DNA of 64,000 nt from Balamuthia mandrillaris (Eukaryota), in contig JAVKOQ020000003.1 in NCBI GenBank assembly GCA_031835245.2, positions 124,001-188,000 on the forward strand, given 5' to 3'. Under the pieces are notes generated by a model that was not told where the DNA came from, did not search any database, and saw only the letters and a program-made list of their open reading frames with translations. This document shows positions 38,910 to 51,210 of the stretch, in pieces. Numbering within the stretch: position 1 is the stretch's first letter; the number at the start of each line of letters is the position of its first letter. The translations under genes and the position numbers were made by a program.

Positions 38910-40426
38910 ATGTTACGAGAACGAAAGATCAAGGCAGCCAATGCGCCGCCAGCCTATGACCGTCAGGGTCAACCCATCCCAGTGACCACGGAGGAGCACA
39001 TCGATGAGAGGGGACACGTCTACCTGGCCGTGGTGCCGTTGGCTCTGTTCATAGGCGTGCTAACGGGTCTCACCATCGAGAAGTCCCGTTTGGTCGAACC
39101 TCTCCTCATTCTTGACCAATTCTTGTTGCAACGATTTCAGGTTTGAACTTATTGTTCTTCTGCTTCTTGTTCTTCTTGTTCAATCCTTCTTTTTCTCTTC
39201 TTTTCTCTTTCTCTTCAACCACAATACGGTTCTCTGTCGTCTTTTGTGCACTTCTAACTCTTTGTACAGTTGATGAAGATATTCTTCGCCAGCGTTGCCA
39301 CAGGCATAGCCGTCATATTGACGCTGCAGCAGTTCCCAAGGACGGCGGCCTACGTTCGTTTCATGCGTCAGCAGTACTTGGCCGAGGACAGAGGTTTTCT
39401 TGCTGCCATCCTTGGCGGCGCCCTGCTCGGCGTTGGCGCTGTTCTCAGCGGTTCTCTTCCTGAACATGTAACTCTTCTCTCTCTTTTGCTCTTGCCTCTC
39501 CTCGACTCTCTTTCTCTTCTCTCTTTCGCTCTTCGTTTTCTCCTTGCTTTCCTTCTCGGCTTGTTTTTTTCTTGACATTAATGCATTGTGTCCTAGGCTG
39601 CGGTTCAGCTCGGAGCAGGCATATCCAATGGGCTCTGGACAGTGATGGGCTGGTGAGTGTTTTGTTTTCCCAGACCTTCGATGCGTTTTTAACACTATCC
39701 TTCTTTCTCGAAACAAATTCTTTCTGATATCAGCATTCTTGGCACGGTGGTCTTTCTTCTGTACGAGCAGAGAATGCGACTGTGGTTGAACCGCTCTCCA
39801 GTCTTCCGCGAACAAAAGTTGTTGGACAGCTTCTTCAGAACGGCCTACCATAACATTGCCATTCCTCTCTTGCTTGCCACGGTGACCATCGTGACCCTCC
39901 TCGAGATAAACTATCCATGGAGGACAAACCTCCCTGGCCTCGAGGCATACTCTAGTTATGCTCAAGATTCGAGCCTTTATTCCTACTTGGCGATGCGAGC
40001 TTGGTCTCCCATTGCTTGTGGCATTATCATTGGTCTTTTGCAACTTCCTGCTATCGCCATTTTGGGCGATATGTTGAGTATGTTCTTCGTCTCTCTCTTT
40101 TGTCGTTTCTCTTTCTCTTTACTAACCAACCTTACCTTGCTATTCAGGCACCATCGATGGGTACATTTCGCTTGCATTGAACTTGATTGGTATGATAGAC
40201 ACTACACAGGTACCCATGTCTAAGGAAACCATTCACCTCAGAACGGGCGTCTCTTTGTGGAAGGTACGTTTTTCGTTTACACGATGAAACATCCCTCACT
40301 CACTCTTCTCTCAGCCTATTTTTGTGTTGGGCGCTCTTGTTGGAGGTTATACCTCTGCCACAATTGCTGAATCTGGTCAGAACGTGGGAACCTTCAATGC
40401 TTTCCGTTGTTTGCTTGGAGGGTACT

Positions 40427-40466
<40 letters not shown>

Positions 40467-40666
40467 GTTTGAACCCCTCATTGTTCGCTTTTCGCTGAAT
40501 CTCACTCCGCCTTGTCACCAGATTCTTGATGTTGTTGGGAGCTCGTATTGCCGGAAACAAGACCAACAGCAGTGCCGTCGCCGCTCTCTCCACTCTCTCC
40601 TTGGTCTCTCTTCCCGTCATGTTTGCCTCCGGCACTCTCACCGCTTACCTGCTCTATCACCCTTAA
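38910..40666 (+). CDS. YeeE/YedE (thiosulfate/sulfur compound) transporter family, divergent
   Basis: GLTIEKSRLVEPLLILDQFLLQRFQLMKIFFAS, ILGGALLGVGAVLSG, WSPIACGIIIGLLQLP, GFLMLLGARIAG, VMFASG; multi-exon. Confidence 0.78.
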
Positions 40667-40752
40667 AGCAAAAAACCCGGGCCACTCGTTAAACTTACTT
40701 TTTTGCATCATGTAAAGAGAAACAAGAAACAGATTGAAACAACAGTTTTTTT

Positions 40753-41121
40753 TTACACAAACTGAACGGAGCGTTTTTGAGCAGCCTCCAACATAGCGAG
40801 CATGTTTGGACCCAGTTGGCACTGCTCCAGCTCGTCCGTGTTCTTGCACAGCTCAATGGCACGAGCGAGCAGGGTGCTCTTGGGCTCTTCCTCCAGGTCC
40901 ACCAGGTCGTGCAGGAAGGTGATCTCGGCGGCACAAAGGCTGATGCCATCGATCGCCTTGTGTTGCTCTTGTTTGGTGCGAAGAGGGAAGGGGTCGCCCA
41001 GGAAGGTCAGGAGGTAGAGCTGCAAGAAGGAGCGCCAGCTCATCCGGTCCTCGAGCTGGCTGGCAAAGGCCTCCCGCTGTTGGGCCTCCACCTGTTTCAT
41101 TAAATCCCTTAACGAAAACAT
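40753..41121 (-). CDS. Hypothetical helical protein, 122 aa
   Basis: Single ATG-initiated ORF with GC-rich third positions between AT-rich flanks; no recognised motif. Confidence 0.55.
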   Translation of the reverse strand: MFSLRDLMKQVEAQQREAFASQLEDRMSWRSFLQLYLLTFLGDPFPLRTKQEQHKAIDGISLCAAEITFLHDLVDLEEEPKSTLLARAIELCKNTDELEQCQLGPNMLAMLEAAQKRSVQFV

Positions 41122-41521
41122 GACCTGAGTTTGGAGGGGTTCTGTAACAAGTGTTGTGCCGTGAGGAAAACGGTGTCAGCTGGACTTTGGGTCCTTTTAT
41201 AATGCTATGGTAAAAGAATTGAAAAATATATTGAGACTTTTTGATGCGTAATGAGAATTATTCCAGGAAAATTTTCAGCCAAAAATTTTCCCGCGTTCGA
41301 CTCTCACCAGCAACATTTTCCTTTTAAGAAAACATTCTGCATTTTTTAAGTTCCTGAAATTCCTAAAATTCTTCACATTATCTAAATTCATCCATCAAAG
41401 TGAAGAGAGAAAGAAAGAAAAAGGGGGGAGCTCTTTGAGTGTGATCCCCTTCCCCTTCCCCTTCCCCTTCCCCTCCCAACCTCCAACCTTCCCCTTGGTA
41501 CTTCTCAACCTCCAACCTCCA

Positions 41522-44500
41522 ATGATGTCTGATTCGCAGGAAAATGAGGAGCACCAGGAAAACACCCCATTCCATGAGCTTGTGGAGAACACGGAGGAGA
41601 AGGAGGAGGAAGCAGCAGAAGAACTAGGAGAACATGAGGCTTTCATCTTGGCCCGAACCATCTCTGTTGTCTTTCCTCAGTTGTCCATCGAGGTAAGGAT
41701 TCTTTCTCTTTTCTCTCTCTCTCTCTCTCTCTTGTTTGTTTCTAACAAACATATGGCTGCTTCTTCTTCTGCATCTCGTTTTAGACCATTCAAGACGTAC
41801 TCCAAATGACCAATGGAAACATCGAAGAGACGACCAACATCCTTCTCACGTTGTCCAGCGCGTCCCCCTCCTACGCGGAGGAGAGCCAAGGCAGAGAGGA
41901 CCTCAACGCCTTTGCCTCTCCTTTCTACTACTACACCCAACAATCTCTTTCTTCTCCTTCTCTGCCCCCGCCCAGTGCGTTTCTCCTCCTCTTCTTGTTC
42001 TTCTTCTTCTTCTTCTTGTTCTTCTTGTTCTTCTTGTTCTTGTTCTTCTTGTTCTTGTTCTTCTTGTTCTTCTTCTTCTTGTTCTTCTTCTTCTTCTTCT
42101 TCTTCTTCTTCTTCTTCTTCTTCTTCTTCTTCTTCTTCTTCTTGTTCTTCTTTTTGTTCTTCTTCTTTCTTCTTTCTTCTTTCTTCTTCTTATTCCCAAA
42201 GCTGAAAGTGGTGCTGTTTGTTAACATGCCCTTCTTGTTCTGTTTTGTGTTGTGCAGCGTTTGACCATCTGCCAGACAGCCCATCTATTATAGTGCCATA
42301 TGGAGCGTCAATGGGTAGATGTGGCTATTGTCACAGCCAAGCCAGAACCAGTGCTTCTTGGGGTATCTCCTAGCTTCTCGCTTCCCGTTCTATTGTTACT
42401 CTTCTTTCTCTTGTGCTCTCTCTCTCTCTCTCTCTCGCTTGTAGAGGATTAGGAACCTTATCATGAAGTCACAAATAACAACACAGGAATGACAGCAACA
42501 AAGTTACGCGTAGAAGACTACGAAGCTCTGATGGACAGAGGATGGAGTCGCAGTGGCACGTGGGCCTATAGGCCAACGAATAGCACCACCTGCTGCGTGC
42601 AGTACCAAATACGTTTGGATGTCACTCAGTTTCGGCCATCCAAAACGCAACGAGCTGTCTTTAGGAAGATGGACAAGTTTTTGGCCGGAGAGATGGAGTT
42701 GGAACCAGAGGAAAAACGAGAAGAGGGGACTGATAACAGAAAGATGGAACAAGAAGGAGGACAAGAGGATAAAAACGAAGAGCAAGACAGCAACAAAACG
42801 ACGAAAAATGACAAGGAAGAAGAAAACAAAATGGCAACAGAAACAGAAGAGAAAGAAACACAAGAGAGAGAAAGAGTTCGACGGTGGGTAGATGAAGCAG
42901 TGCAAACAGTCATCAAGAGCAAAGACCTATCGATGCACGATTCATCTTCTGTAGTCGCCTCCAATCTCTCCTACGACGTGAAGGGAAACAAGAGTCTCAA
43001 AGAGATACGGACTAGAGGTCATTACTCCACCAATGTTGCCATTCGTCTTTGGGCTACGCTTCTTCGGGAACAAAAATGCACTTCTTCACCGTCCTCTTCT
43101 GCTCCTTCAGCAATGACAACCAACACAACTTCTACACCAGATGATATTGCAGCATGTTTGGTTGAACATATGCAACACCAACAAAACGTTGGAGATGAAC
43201 AACCGCAGTGGGAAAAGTTGGGAGTGAGAAGAGGCTTCATCAACATATGGATGAAGGAGCCGTCAGAACCGAAGCAAAATGAAGAACGACAAAAGAAAGC
43301 CTTGCAACGGAGCAATCAAGATAAGAAAGAAAAGCAGATAGATGATTCTACTGACAACACCACAACACCTATTCCCAAACACCATTTACAGGTAGTTTTG
43401 TGTGTTTCTTTTGTTTTCTTTGGTAATGACATTCTTTTTTCAAACAGATAAGCACGCATCCTCCTGACTTTATGTTTGAAGCATTTGACCTGTACAAACG
43501 ATATCAAATGCTGGTACATAAGGAAGAACCATCTGCCATCACTCCTGAAGCCTATAGAAGTTTTCTCTGTGACTCACCGTTGTTTGCTGATGAATTTTCT
43601 CCTCCTTGGCGAGAAACGGTAATTTGACTCCTATCTCTCTCCCTCTCTGTCTGTCTCTCTCTCTGTTCCTCTCTGCCTCTCTCTCTCTCCCTCTGTCTCT
43701 CTTTCTCTGCTTTTCTGTCGTTCATTCTTTGTTTTTGCTCTTATGAATAGAAGCATGATGAAGAAGAGGAAGAAGAATTGCCACCGGAATGTAAGTACGG
43801 AACGGTTCATCAACACTACAGGATTGATGGAAAGCTGGTGGCCGTAGGTGTATTGGACGTGCTTCCTCACTCTCTTGTCTCTGTCTATTTCTTTCACGAT
43901 CCGAGCTACGCCTCCCTTTCTTTAGGTGTCTTCTCAGCACTGAAAGAAATAGAATTGACCCAAAAGTTGTGTGCTTCTTTTCCTCAATTCAAGTATTACT
44001 ATATGGGTACCTATCTTCTGTCTCTTGTTCCATGGTTTCTTTCTCTTGGCAGTTCTTTCTTGTTCTAACTTCTTCCTTGTGCCAAGGTTATTATGTGGAC
44101 AGTTGTCCGAAGATGAGATACAAAGCAGGCTATCATCCTTCTTATCTTCTCTGCGACAAAAGCGCCAAGTACTTCCCGCTGGAGCAATGTCTTCCTCTCA
44201 TCAAAGGACATAAATACACTGCCTTTGCTCCGTTTCTTTCTTCCGATTCGAAACAAGAGGTAGAAGCACACGGAGAAGAAAGGCAGGAAGAAAATGAAGA
44301 GCACAACCAATTCCTAGCGAACCGCGTTCCTCTTTTACATCGTCACCAAGTTACAAACTTGGAGGTACTCTTTTCTCTTGTCTTGTTTTTCTATTTCTTC
44401 TTTTTTATTAACAAGCAGAAAAACAAAAACACACAGAGAATGGGAGTGGATGTTGGCCGAACTCCGCTGACAACGCTTCGCGAGTGGGTTGAGTTGGCCG

Positions 44501-44538
44501 GTAAAGAGCTTGCTCAGGTCATCCTCTATTCTGTGTAA
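41522..44538 (+). CDS. ATE1: Arginyl-tRNA--protein transferase 1 with N-terminal CUE domain
   Basis: CUE: ISVVFPQLSIE-TIQDVLQMTNGNIEETTNILL. ATE1: CGYC, DYEALMDRGWSRSG, TTCC..YQIRL, LYKRYQ, YGTVHQHYRIDGKLVAVGVLDVLP, SVYFFHDP, YYYMGYYVDSCPKMRYKA. Confidence 0.88.
41985..42190. repeat. Intronic (CTT)/(GTT) microsatellite
   Basis: Directly visible within the inferred intron 41975-42257. Confidence 0.9.
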
Positions 44539-44608
44539 TGTAAACTGTAAAAATAACTTTAAAAGCTTTGCATCAAGTAGAGAGAAAAAAAATGAACAAC
44601 TGTTGTTT

Positions 44609-44696
44609 TTATTCTTTGATGATCAGCTCTTCAATTCCTTTCTCGTATTGTTGTATTTGGGACTCTAAGTAGCCTTTCTTCTTCTGCTCGGTGAAA

Positions 44697-44736
<40 letters not shown>

Positions 44737-45389
44737 GAAAGGAGAAAGCAACAGACGAAAACAAAGAGAAAGAGATGTGAGTAACAAATGAAAAAAAGAA
44801 CACAAAAAAAGAAGAGGAGGACAGTAGAAGACAGTGAAGATTAACAGAAGTGGAAATATAAAGGATAACAAATGAACAAAGAAAGGAAAGGAGAAAGAAA
44901 GAAAGTTGGATGGATGGATGGATAGAAAACCTGCAAGTTGGCGACGTTGTCGTCACACTGTTGAATGTATGTCTCCATTTCCTTTTGAATGTCTTCGCGC
45001 GGAGCCAGCAAAAACCTTTTTTTTTGTTTTGAGCCCCACAATAAATGAGAGATGAGCAAGCAGAGGCAAAAAATAATAAAAGGGATGGATAACGAACGCC
45101 CGTCCGACGGATTTGTAAGTGCGCGTACCGCCTGGCAAGTTCACTATTTCCTCCAGCGTCAGTCGACACTTGCGTTTGTTGCGGTCATTGATCACCACCT
45201 TCTGCACCACTTCGTTCAGGTCTTTGTTGCTCTTGACCAACTTTTCTTGCAACTCCAGAAACGCCTATTTTTTTTTTCAAAAACAAAACAAACCACGCAT
45301 ATGATATGAGCTCAACAACAACGAAAAAAAAAAAAACAAAACAACAGACGACTTACTTCTTTGTTACGGGCATCGATTTGCAAAGTCAT
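44609..45389 (-). CDS. PFDN1: Prefoldin subunit 1
   Basis: AFLELQEKL...KRKCRLTLEEIVNLPGGTRTYKSVGRAFLL...KKGYLE; four exons. Confidence 0.85.
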
Positions 45390-45623
45390 TTTTTCTTCTT
45401 CTTTCTTTGAGCTCTTTTTTTCGTTCTTTCTTTTTTTTTTTTTGGAGCAATTTCTTGTCGACTTTTTTGTTCGGAAAATGAGCTCCAGTTCGACGCCCAC
45501 CCCAAACAACTTTAATTAAATCGTTTCCCTTGGGCTGGAGGTCCTTACTACCCACTCTCTGCCCTTCTGGAAAAAGGAACGATGTGAATTAACTAGGTAC
45601 CATTTCCTTCTCTTCCTATGCTT

Positions 45624-45659
<36 letters not shown>

Positions 45660-45682
45660 CCCAGCTTCTCTTTTCGTTCTGT

Positions 45683-45725
<43 letters not shown>

Positions 45726-46330
45726 GCGAGGGCATGACGTTGTTCTCTCGCCACCGTTTTGCTTTTCTCGTTTTGATTTCCCCTTCCGTCGGGTTTCTTC
45801 CATCTGCCCCCTCCTCCTCCTCCTCCTCTCTCTCTCTCTCTCTCTCTCTCTTTCGCTCTCTCTAAAAAAAAAATTTTAAGCGCTTTCACGCCACGCAGAG
45901 TGCCCATGAAGGTGAACCTCGTCTACATGCTCGTGCTGGAGAAGTTCGACCAGCCCTCCGAGACACCTAATCTCGCATGGCTCAGTCTCTTCAAACGCGA
46001 GTGGCCTAACGCCTTCAAGGAGTGCGCTCTCTCTGACTCCCATGGGGCCACCGCCAAATATTCCACCCTCCTCTCACACGTGCTGACGTCTACTCTATCG
46101 CCCCTGCCCCCGACGCGGTGGATCCGAACAGCGGCTGTGAAGACAGCAGCAGCGACGATGACACCCTCGGAGACACCGTAGTCAGCTATGCCTATAGTGA
46201 CGATGACGAAGTGTACTTGGAAGCACCGCCCCTCGTCTCTCTTGGCCGTTGACGCCAGCAACTGCACACCGACGTTGTCTTCGAAGTAGCGGTCCTGGTC
46301 AACTTGCTGATAGCTGCTCCTTTTGTCTCC

Positions 46331-46458
46331 TGTCTCTGTCTCTGTCTCTGTCTCTGTCTCTGTCTCTGTCTCTGTCTCTGTCTCTGTCTCTGTCTCTGTC
46401 TCTGTCTCTGTCTCTGTCTCTGTCTCTGTCTCTGTCTCTGTCTCTGTCTCTGTCTCTG

Positions 46459-46518
<60 letters not shown>
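46331..46518. repeat. (TGTCTC)n followed by (TC)n microsatellite
   Basis: Directly visible. Confidence 0.95.
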
Positions 46519-46521
<3 letters not shown>

Positions 46522-47544
46522 CTAGCACCAAAGGCTCCGCAACCATAAACATGGGAGAAGAGCATGGAGTACTTGGCGTCTAAGTGGTACGTCACTCCTG
46601 GTGGAGGTGGCAGCCCTCCGTTCCAACCTTTCGCTCACCCTTCCAGCACCACCTCCAATGTAGTCAAGCACCTCTCTGTTGTGCCTGTACCCAACTCACC
46701 ACTCTCCCACTCACTCATTTTTCTCTCGTCACAGTGCCGTAAGGATGAGCTCTCATGCAGAAAACCAATGAGGAACCAGCAGCTGGTTAACAAAGCATTG
46801 AGATGGGAAGCGATTAGGACAAGAAGCAAGCTATTTGCAAACTCAGTGTACGATATTTTGCTTCTCTTTCCTCTCTTTTGATGTTCTTTGTCTCTTTTGT
46901 CTTCGAATCTCTGTTTTTCTTTCTTTTTTTCTCTTTCTATGTCAGAGGACCGGTCCAGTCCTCCATGATACAACACCATTAGTATCTTGTTCTTTTTCAA
47001 CTGCTTCTCTCTTTCTCCCTCATAGTGCCAGTCGGGTCCTCCATCATGCATCTTGTTCTCTGCTCTCTGCTCTCTCCTCTCTGCCTTCTGCTCTCTCCTT
47101 TCTCTTGTTCTCCCATCTCCTCTCTCCCCTCTCCTCCCGTCTCCCGTCTCCTCCCGTCTCCTGTCTCCTCCCGTCTCCTGTATTCCGTCTCCTGTGTCCC
47201 TCTCACCTCTCGCCTCTCCCTTCTCCCCTCTCTTCTCGTCTCTCCTCTCCCATCTTCCCTCTCAGGTCGCCTGTCTCCTCCTGTCTCCCTCCAAGAGATC
47301 TCTCTGTCTCTGAGTTGCTTTTCAGTCTATTCTCCTTTGTTTACTGTCTCACACCACTGCTAACAACTATCACTTTTTCTTTTCTTTCTTTCTTTCTTTT
47401 ATCTGCCTCTCTGTTGTTTTTCCTTATCATCATCAACTGACTCTTTTTGCCTTTAGATTATCATCCAACGCCAGCCATTTACAGCATTGTTGCCAGGTAT
47501 TTCTTTTGCTTGTTATCTCTCAATTTCTCTTTCTCTCTGTCTCC

Positions 47545-47650
47545 CTCTTTCTCTTTCTCTTTCTCTTTCTCTTTCTCTTTCTCTTTCTCTTTCTCTTTCT
47601 CTTTCTCTTTCTCTTTCTCTTTCTCTTTCTCTTTCTCTTTCTCTTTCTCT
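47545..47650. repeat. (CTCTTT)n hexamer microsatellite
   Basis: Directly visible. Confidence 0.95.
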
Positions 47651-47760
47651 TTCTTCCTTTCTCCCTTTCTCTTGCTCCATGCTTTCTCTTTTCATGTTGT
47701 TTAAATACTAAACGCTTCATCTTTTTTTCCTGCCGCTATAGGTAAGCCAGTGGCATAGCT

Positions 47761-48000
47761 GAGAATGAGAATGAGAATGAGAACAAGAACAAGCACAAGA
47801 ATGAGAACGAGAACAAGGACGAGAATGAGAATGAGAATGAGAATGAGAATGAGAATGAGAATGAGAATGAGAACGAGAACGAGAACGAGAACAAGAATGA
47901 GACCAAGAACAAGAACGAGAACGAGAACGAGAACGAGAATGAGAACGAGAACAAGAACGAGAACGAGAACGAGAACGAGAACAAGAACAAGAACGAGAAC
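47761..48000. repeat. (GAGAAT/GAGAAC/AAGAAC)n hexamer array
   Basis: Directly visible. Confidence 0.95.
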
Positions 48001-48501
48001 GCGGAGCCAGGACGAGACTGGGAACGAGGACAAGAAAAAGAACAGCAGAACAACAGCAGATGTGGATGGGTCTTTTGATTTGGGATTGGTTCGGAAAATA
48101 AACAATTTGAACACTATTATGGTTCTTTGGTGTTTATGTTTAGACAGGTGTTTAAACAGGTGTTGTTCAGGTCCGATCATCCAACGGAGGAATCGCCCTG
48201 TGAGGCTCCAGTTTGATCAAAAACAAAAAGAAAGAAAAGATCGCTGGGGCCAAGGACCAAGCCCGTCGCATCAAAGTTTTCGTGGAGAAGTACTGCGACT
48301 GACTCGCTGGTAACCCCATTCCCTCACCATGAATATCAGGAAGAACTCAACGACGAGGTTTCAGCCACACAAAGCAAAGCTTCCAAAATAAAGAACCCTT
48401 TGTCCAACTATAAAAACCAACTGCATCAAGTTGTTTCATTCATTATAAAACAACTGCAATAACAATAACCACCCTAAAAAAAACAACACCTTCTGGCAAG
48501 A

Positions 48502-48795
48502 ATGACGACGTCTTCGGTTCTTGGCATGTTATTGGCCTCCTTCACAGCGACCTCTTTGGCCGGGGGACGAGGAGATGTGAGATACAGCGGAGGCGATGCT
48601 CGCTATGACGGTGATGCGTGACTTACGATGGCGGGGACATTCGCTACGACGGAGGCAATGTGGGTAGCTATATGGTGGTGACATCCGTTCTGACGATTAC
48701 GATGGAGGAAACGTGAGGTACGATGGTGGTGACGTTCGTTATGACGGAGGCAACATCCGTGGGCTATGACGGTTACTACAATGACGACAGCAACG
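48502..48795 (+). pseudogene. Frameshifted secreted heptapeptide-repeat (YDGG[DN][VI]R) gene
   Basis: MTTSSVLGMLLASFTATSLAGG then about 8 degenerate 21-bp units (tacgatggtggtgacgttcgt), interrupted by a stop and frameshifts. Confidence 0.5.
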
Positions 48796-49101
48796 TGGTC
48801 CTACAAACCAGCAGGAGCGCAGAGAGAACTGGAGGAGAGGAACAGGAGTTAGTAGAGACTCGAAGAGAACAAACGGAAGGCAAAAAAAAAAAGAGGGCAA
48901 GGAGAAGAGAGAAGAGAGAGAAAGAAAGGAGAGAGGTGGCCAAAGAGGAGTCGCGCGGAGCTGTAGTTTCCTATCAAAAGTGTCTGAAATTCCATTGGTC
49001 AAAATAATGAAATTCGTTATGCGAAAAAAACAACAAAAAACGCTGAAAGAAAAAAAGAGAGAAAGAGGAAGAACGACAAAGCAAAAGGAGAAGCCAACAC
49101 A

Positions 49102-49988
49102 ATGAAGAGGAGTGGGGCAAGTGGTGGCAGCAGAAGCAACGGTCGGCCCGTGATAGACTTGAACCAGCTGCGCGACAAGGAGCTGGGCGAGGAAGAGATT
49201 GTAACGCTGCTGACCAAAGGGACGGAGGTGGACCCCACCTGGGAGGGCGGCATAGGGCCTGGCTTGTATCGATTCCGTGGCACGGAGACGTGTGATGACG
49301 GCTTTGTCTACCAGTCTGAGAACGAGTTGACGTTGCTGGAGGATGGCACTTTGGAGGGAGGCTTTGTGTTCAAGAGCAGCGATGGAACCTTTTTCTCTCC
49401 ACTGAAGGTTTGCTTTGTCCCTTTCTTTCTTTCTTGTCATTTCGTCTTTCTTTCTTTCTTGTCGTTTCTTTCTTTCTTTCGTTCTTTCTTTCTTTCGTTG
49501 TTTTAACATCACAAAACAAAAGGGAACATGGAACGAAGAGGGAGAACTGTATTGGTTGTTGCCGTATGTTGATGTGATATATGAGTATTCTGGCAAGTGG
49601 GAGGGCAAACGCAGTAAGGGACGATATCACGTCCACAACGAACCAAATTGTTTTCCTGGTATGCCTTCATCCGCTGCTTATTCTTGTTGTTGTTGCTTCT
49701 TGCTCCTTTCCTCTTCCTCTTGCTTCTTCCCTCTTCCTCTTGCTTCTTCCTCCATCTCACACCCGCAACCAAGGGCGAAGAGGAAACTTCTTGCATGATC
49801 TCCAACGGCTGCGGTACCAGCCCAAGGACTTGACGGTCATCGGCAGGGACTACCTGGCGAGGCAATGGGCGACCATGCCCCCCTCCCAACGGGAGGAGCA
49901 CCTCCGCCTTCTCCCCATGGAGCTGCAGGAGGTGCTGCTGGAAGCGGTGGCGCAAGCCGCGGCTGTCAAGGAAGCCCTTTTACGGTGA
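49102..49988 (+). CDS. Hypothetical protein: beta-rich domain plus possible SOCS/BC-box-like C-terminus
   Basis: Three exons joined in frame; GTWNEEG..YEYSGKW beta pattern; C-terminal LTVIGRDYL...LRLLPMELQEVL. Confidence 0.55.
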
Positions 49989-50245
49989 CCCATGACGTCA
50001 GCTCTGAGTTTTGGCGGCATACATCGGCCAGTGTAGATATGTCCAGCGGCCCTCCCCGTTACTGGACGGACAAAAGAAATTTCATTTCGAAATTTCCGTA
50101 AATCCAAAAGGGAAACAAAAAAAAGTAGAAGTCAGCAGAAGCAAAAAAATAAAGAACTAGCCACTACTTCTTTTCCTTAAAGCCCTCTCTCGTTGTTTTT
50201 GTGCTGTTTATCCTCCATTGAAAGAAGGTTTATACCCACTCAACG

Positions 50246-51094
50246 ATGAGACGTCAGACCAACAACAACCAGGGCTCTTTGTTCAGCCCTTCCCCTTCTC
50301 TCTCTTCTGCCTCGGTTTGGGATGACCGTCCAAAGCCAACCTTTCGAAAAAAAACCCAAAGACACCAACAACAGCATGACTCTTCTTGGAGCTCTTTTCT
50401 GCCTTCTTCTTCTTCTCCAACAGGACAACCCTTTGAGGACACCTTGGACACCAAACAAGAGTTGGAGCAAAGGAGGATAGCCAAACAGGACGCCTGCTTG
50501 GCAAGCTCCAAACGGAGCCTCAGGATGTTGGAGGAGAGCTTGGCAGTGGGAGCAGAGACCTTGGTGGAGCTGGACCGCCAAGGAGAGCAGATCAGGAGGT
50601 GCAACGACAGGATGGAGGAGATACATGACAACCTCAACACGAGCGACCGGCTGATAAGGGGAATAGGAAGTTGGTTTGGGGCATTTGTCAACTCGGTCAC
50701 CTCTCCCCCAGCCAAGAGCTCCTCTGGGGCTCGTTCTTCCCAAAAGTCCCGTCATCCGTCCACTACTCCATCTTCCTCCAAGCACCAGAAACAACAACAG
50801 CTGAAGGAACCAACGACAACAAAACAAAGTGGAAGACGAAGATCGACATCACGAGGAGGACGAGAAGAAGTTCAAGAGGACTCCGACCAACACTCGTTTG
50901 ATAGGTTTATGGAAGAGACGGACAGAGATTTGGATGAGATGGAGGAGAAGCTGCAAGGGCTGCAACGGCTGGCCATGACCATGTCGGACGAGCTGCAGGA
51001 CCAGGACGGGCAGTTGGACAAACTCTCTGGCAACGTGGAGCGGGCCAACGAACGGATACGGAAGAACACCCTCAAGGTGTGGAAGCTGACGTAG
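50246..51094 (+). CDS. SNAP-25-family Qbc SNARE (SNAP29/SNAP33-like), intronless
   Basis: Two SNARE motifs: SSKRSLRMLEESLAVGAETLVELDRQGEQI and DRDLDEMEEKLQGLQRLAMTMSDELQDQDGQLDKL; no TM. Confidence 0.9.
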   Translation: MRRQTNNNQGSLFSPSPSLSSASVWDDRPKPTFRKKTQRHQQQHDSSWSSFLPSSSSPTGQPFEDTLDTKQELEQRRIAKQDACLASSKRSLRMLEESLAVGAETLVELDRQGEQIRRCNDRMEEIHDNLNTSDRLIRGIGSWFGAFVNSVTSPPAKSSSGARSSQKSRHPSTTPSSSKHQKQQQLKEPTTTKQSGRRRSTSRGGREEVQEDSDQHSFDRFMEETDRDLDEMEEKLQGLQRLAMTMSDELQDQDGQLDKLSGNVERANERIRKNTLKVWKLT

Positions 51095-51210
51095 GCCGAA
51101 ACATTTTTAAAATTTTTCCTAGAAAAAATGTACATAAAATAATTTTAGGCCGATAAAAAAAATAAGAAAGAAAATTACGTTAGCGAGGAGACACACACGG
51201 GGCACATTGA

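Noticed and set aside
47761..48000. Hexamer array as possible telomeric repeat or MR/TR dipeptide protein
   Set aside because: Not a G-rich telomere motif, interstitial and heterogeneous; simple microsatellite
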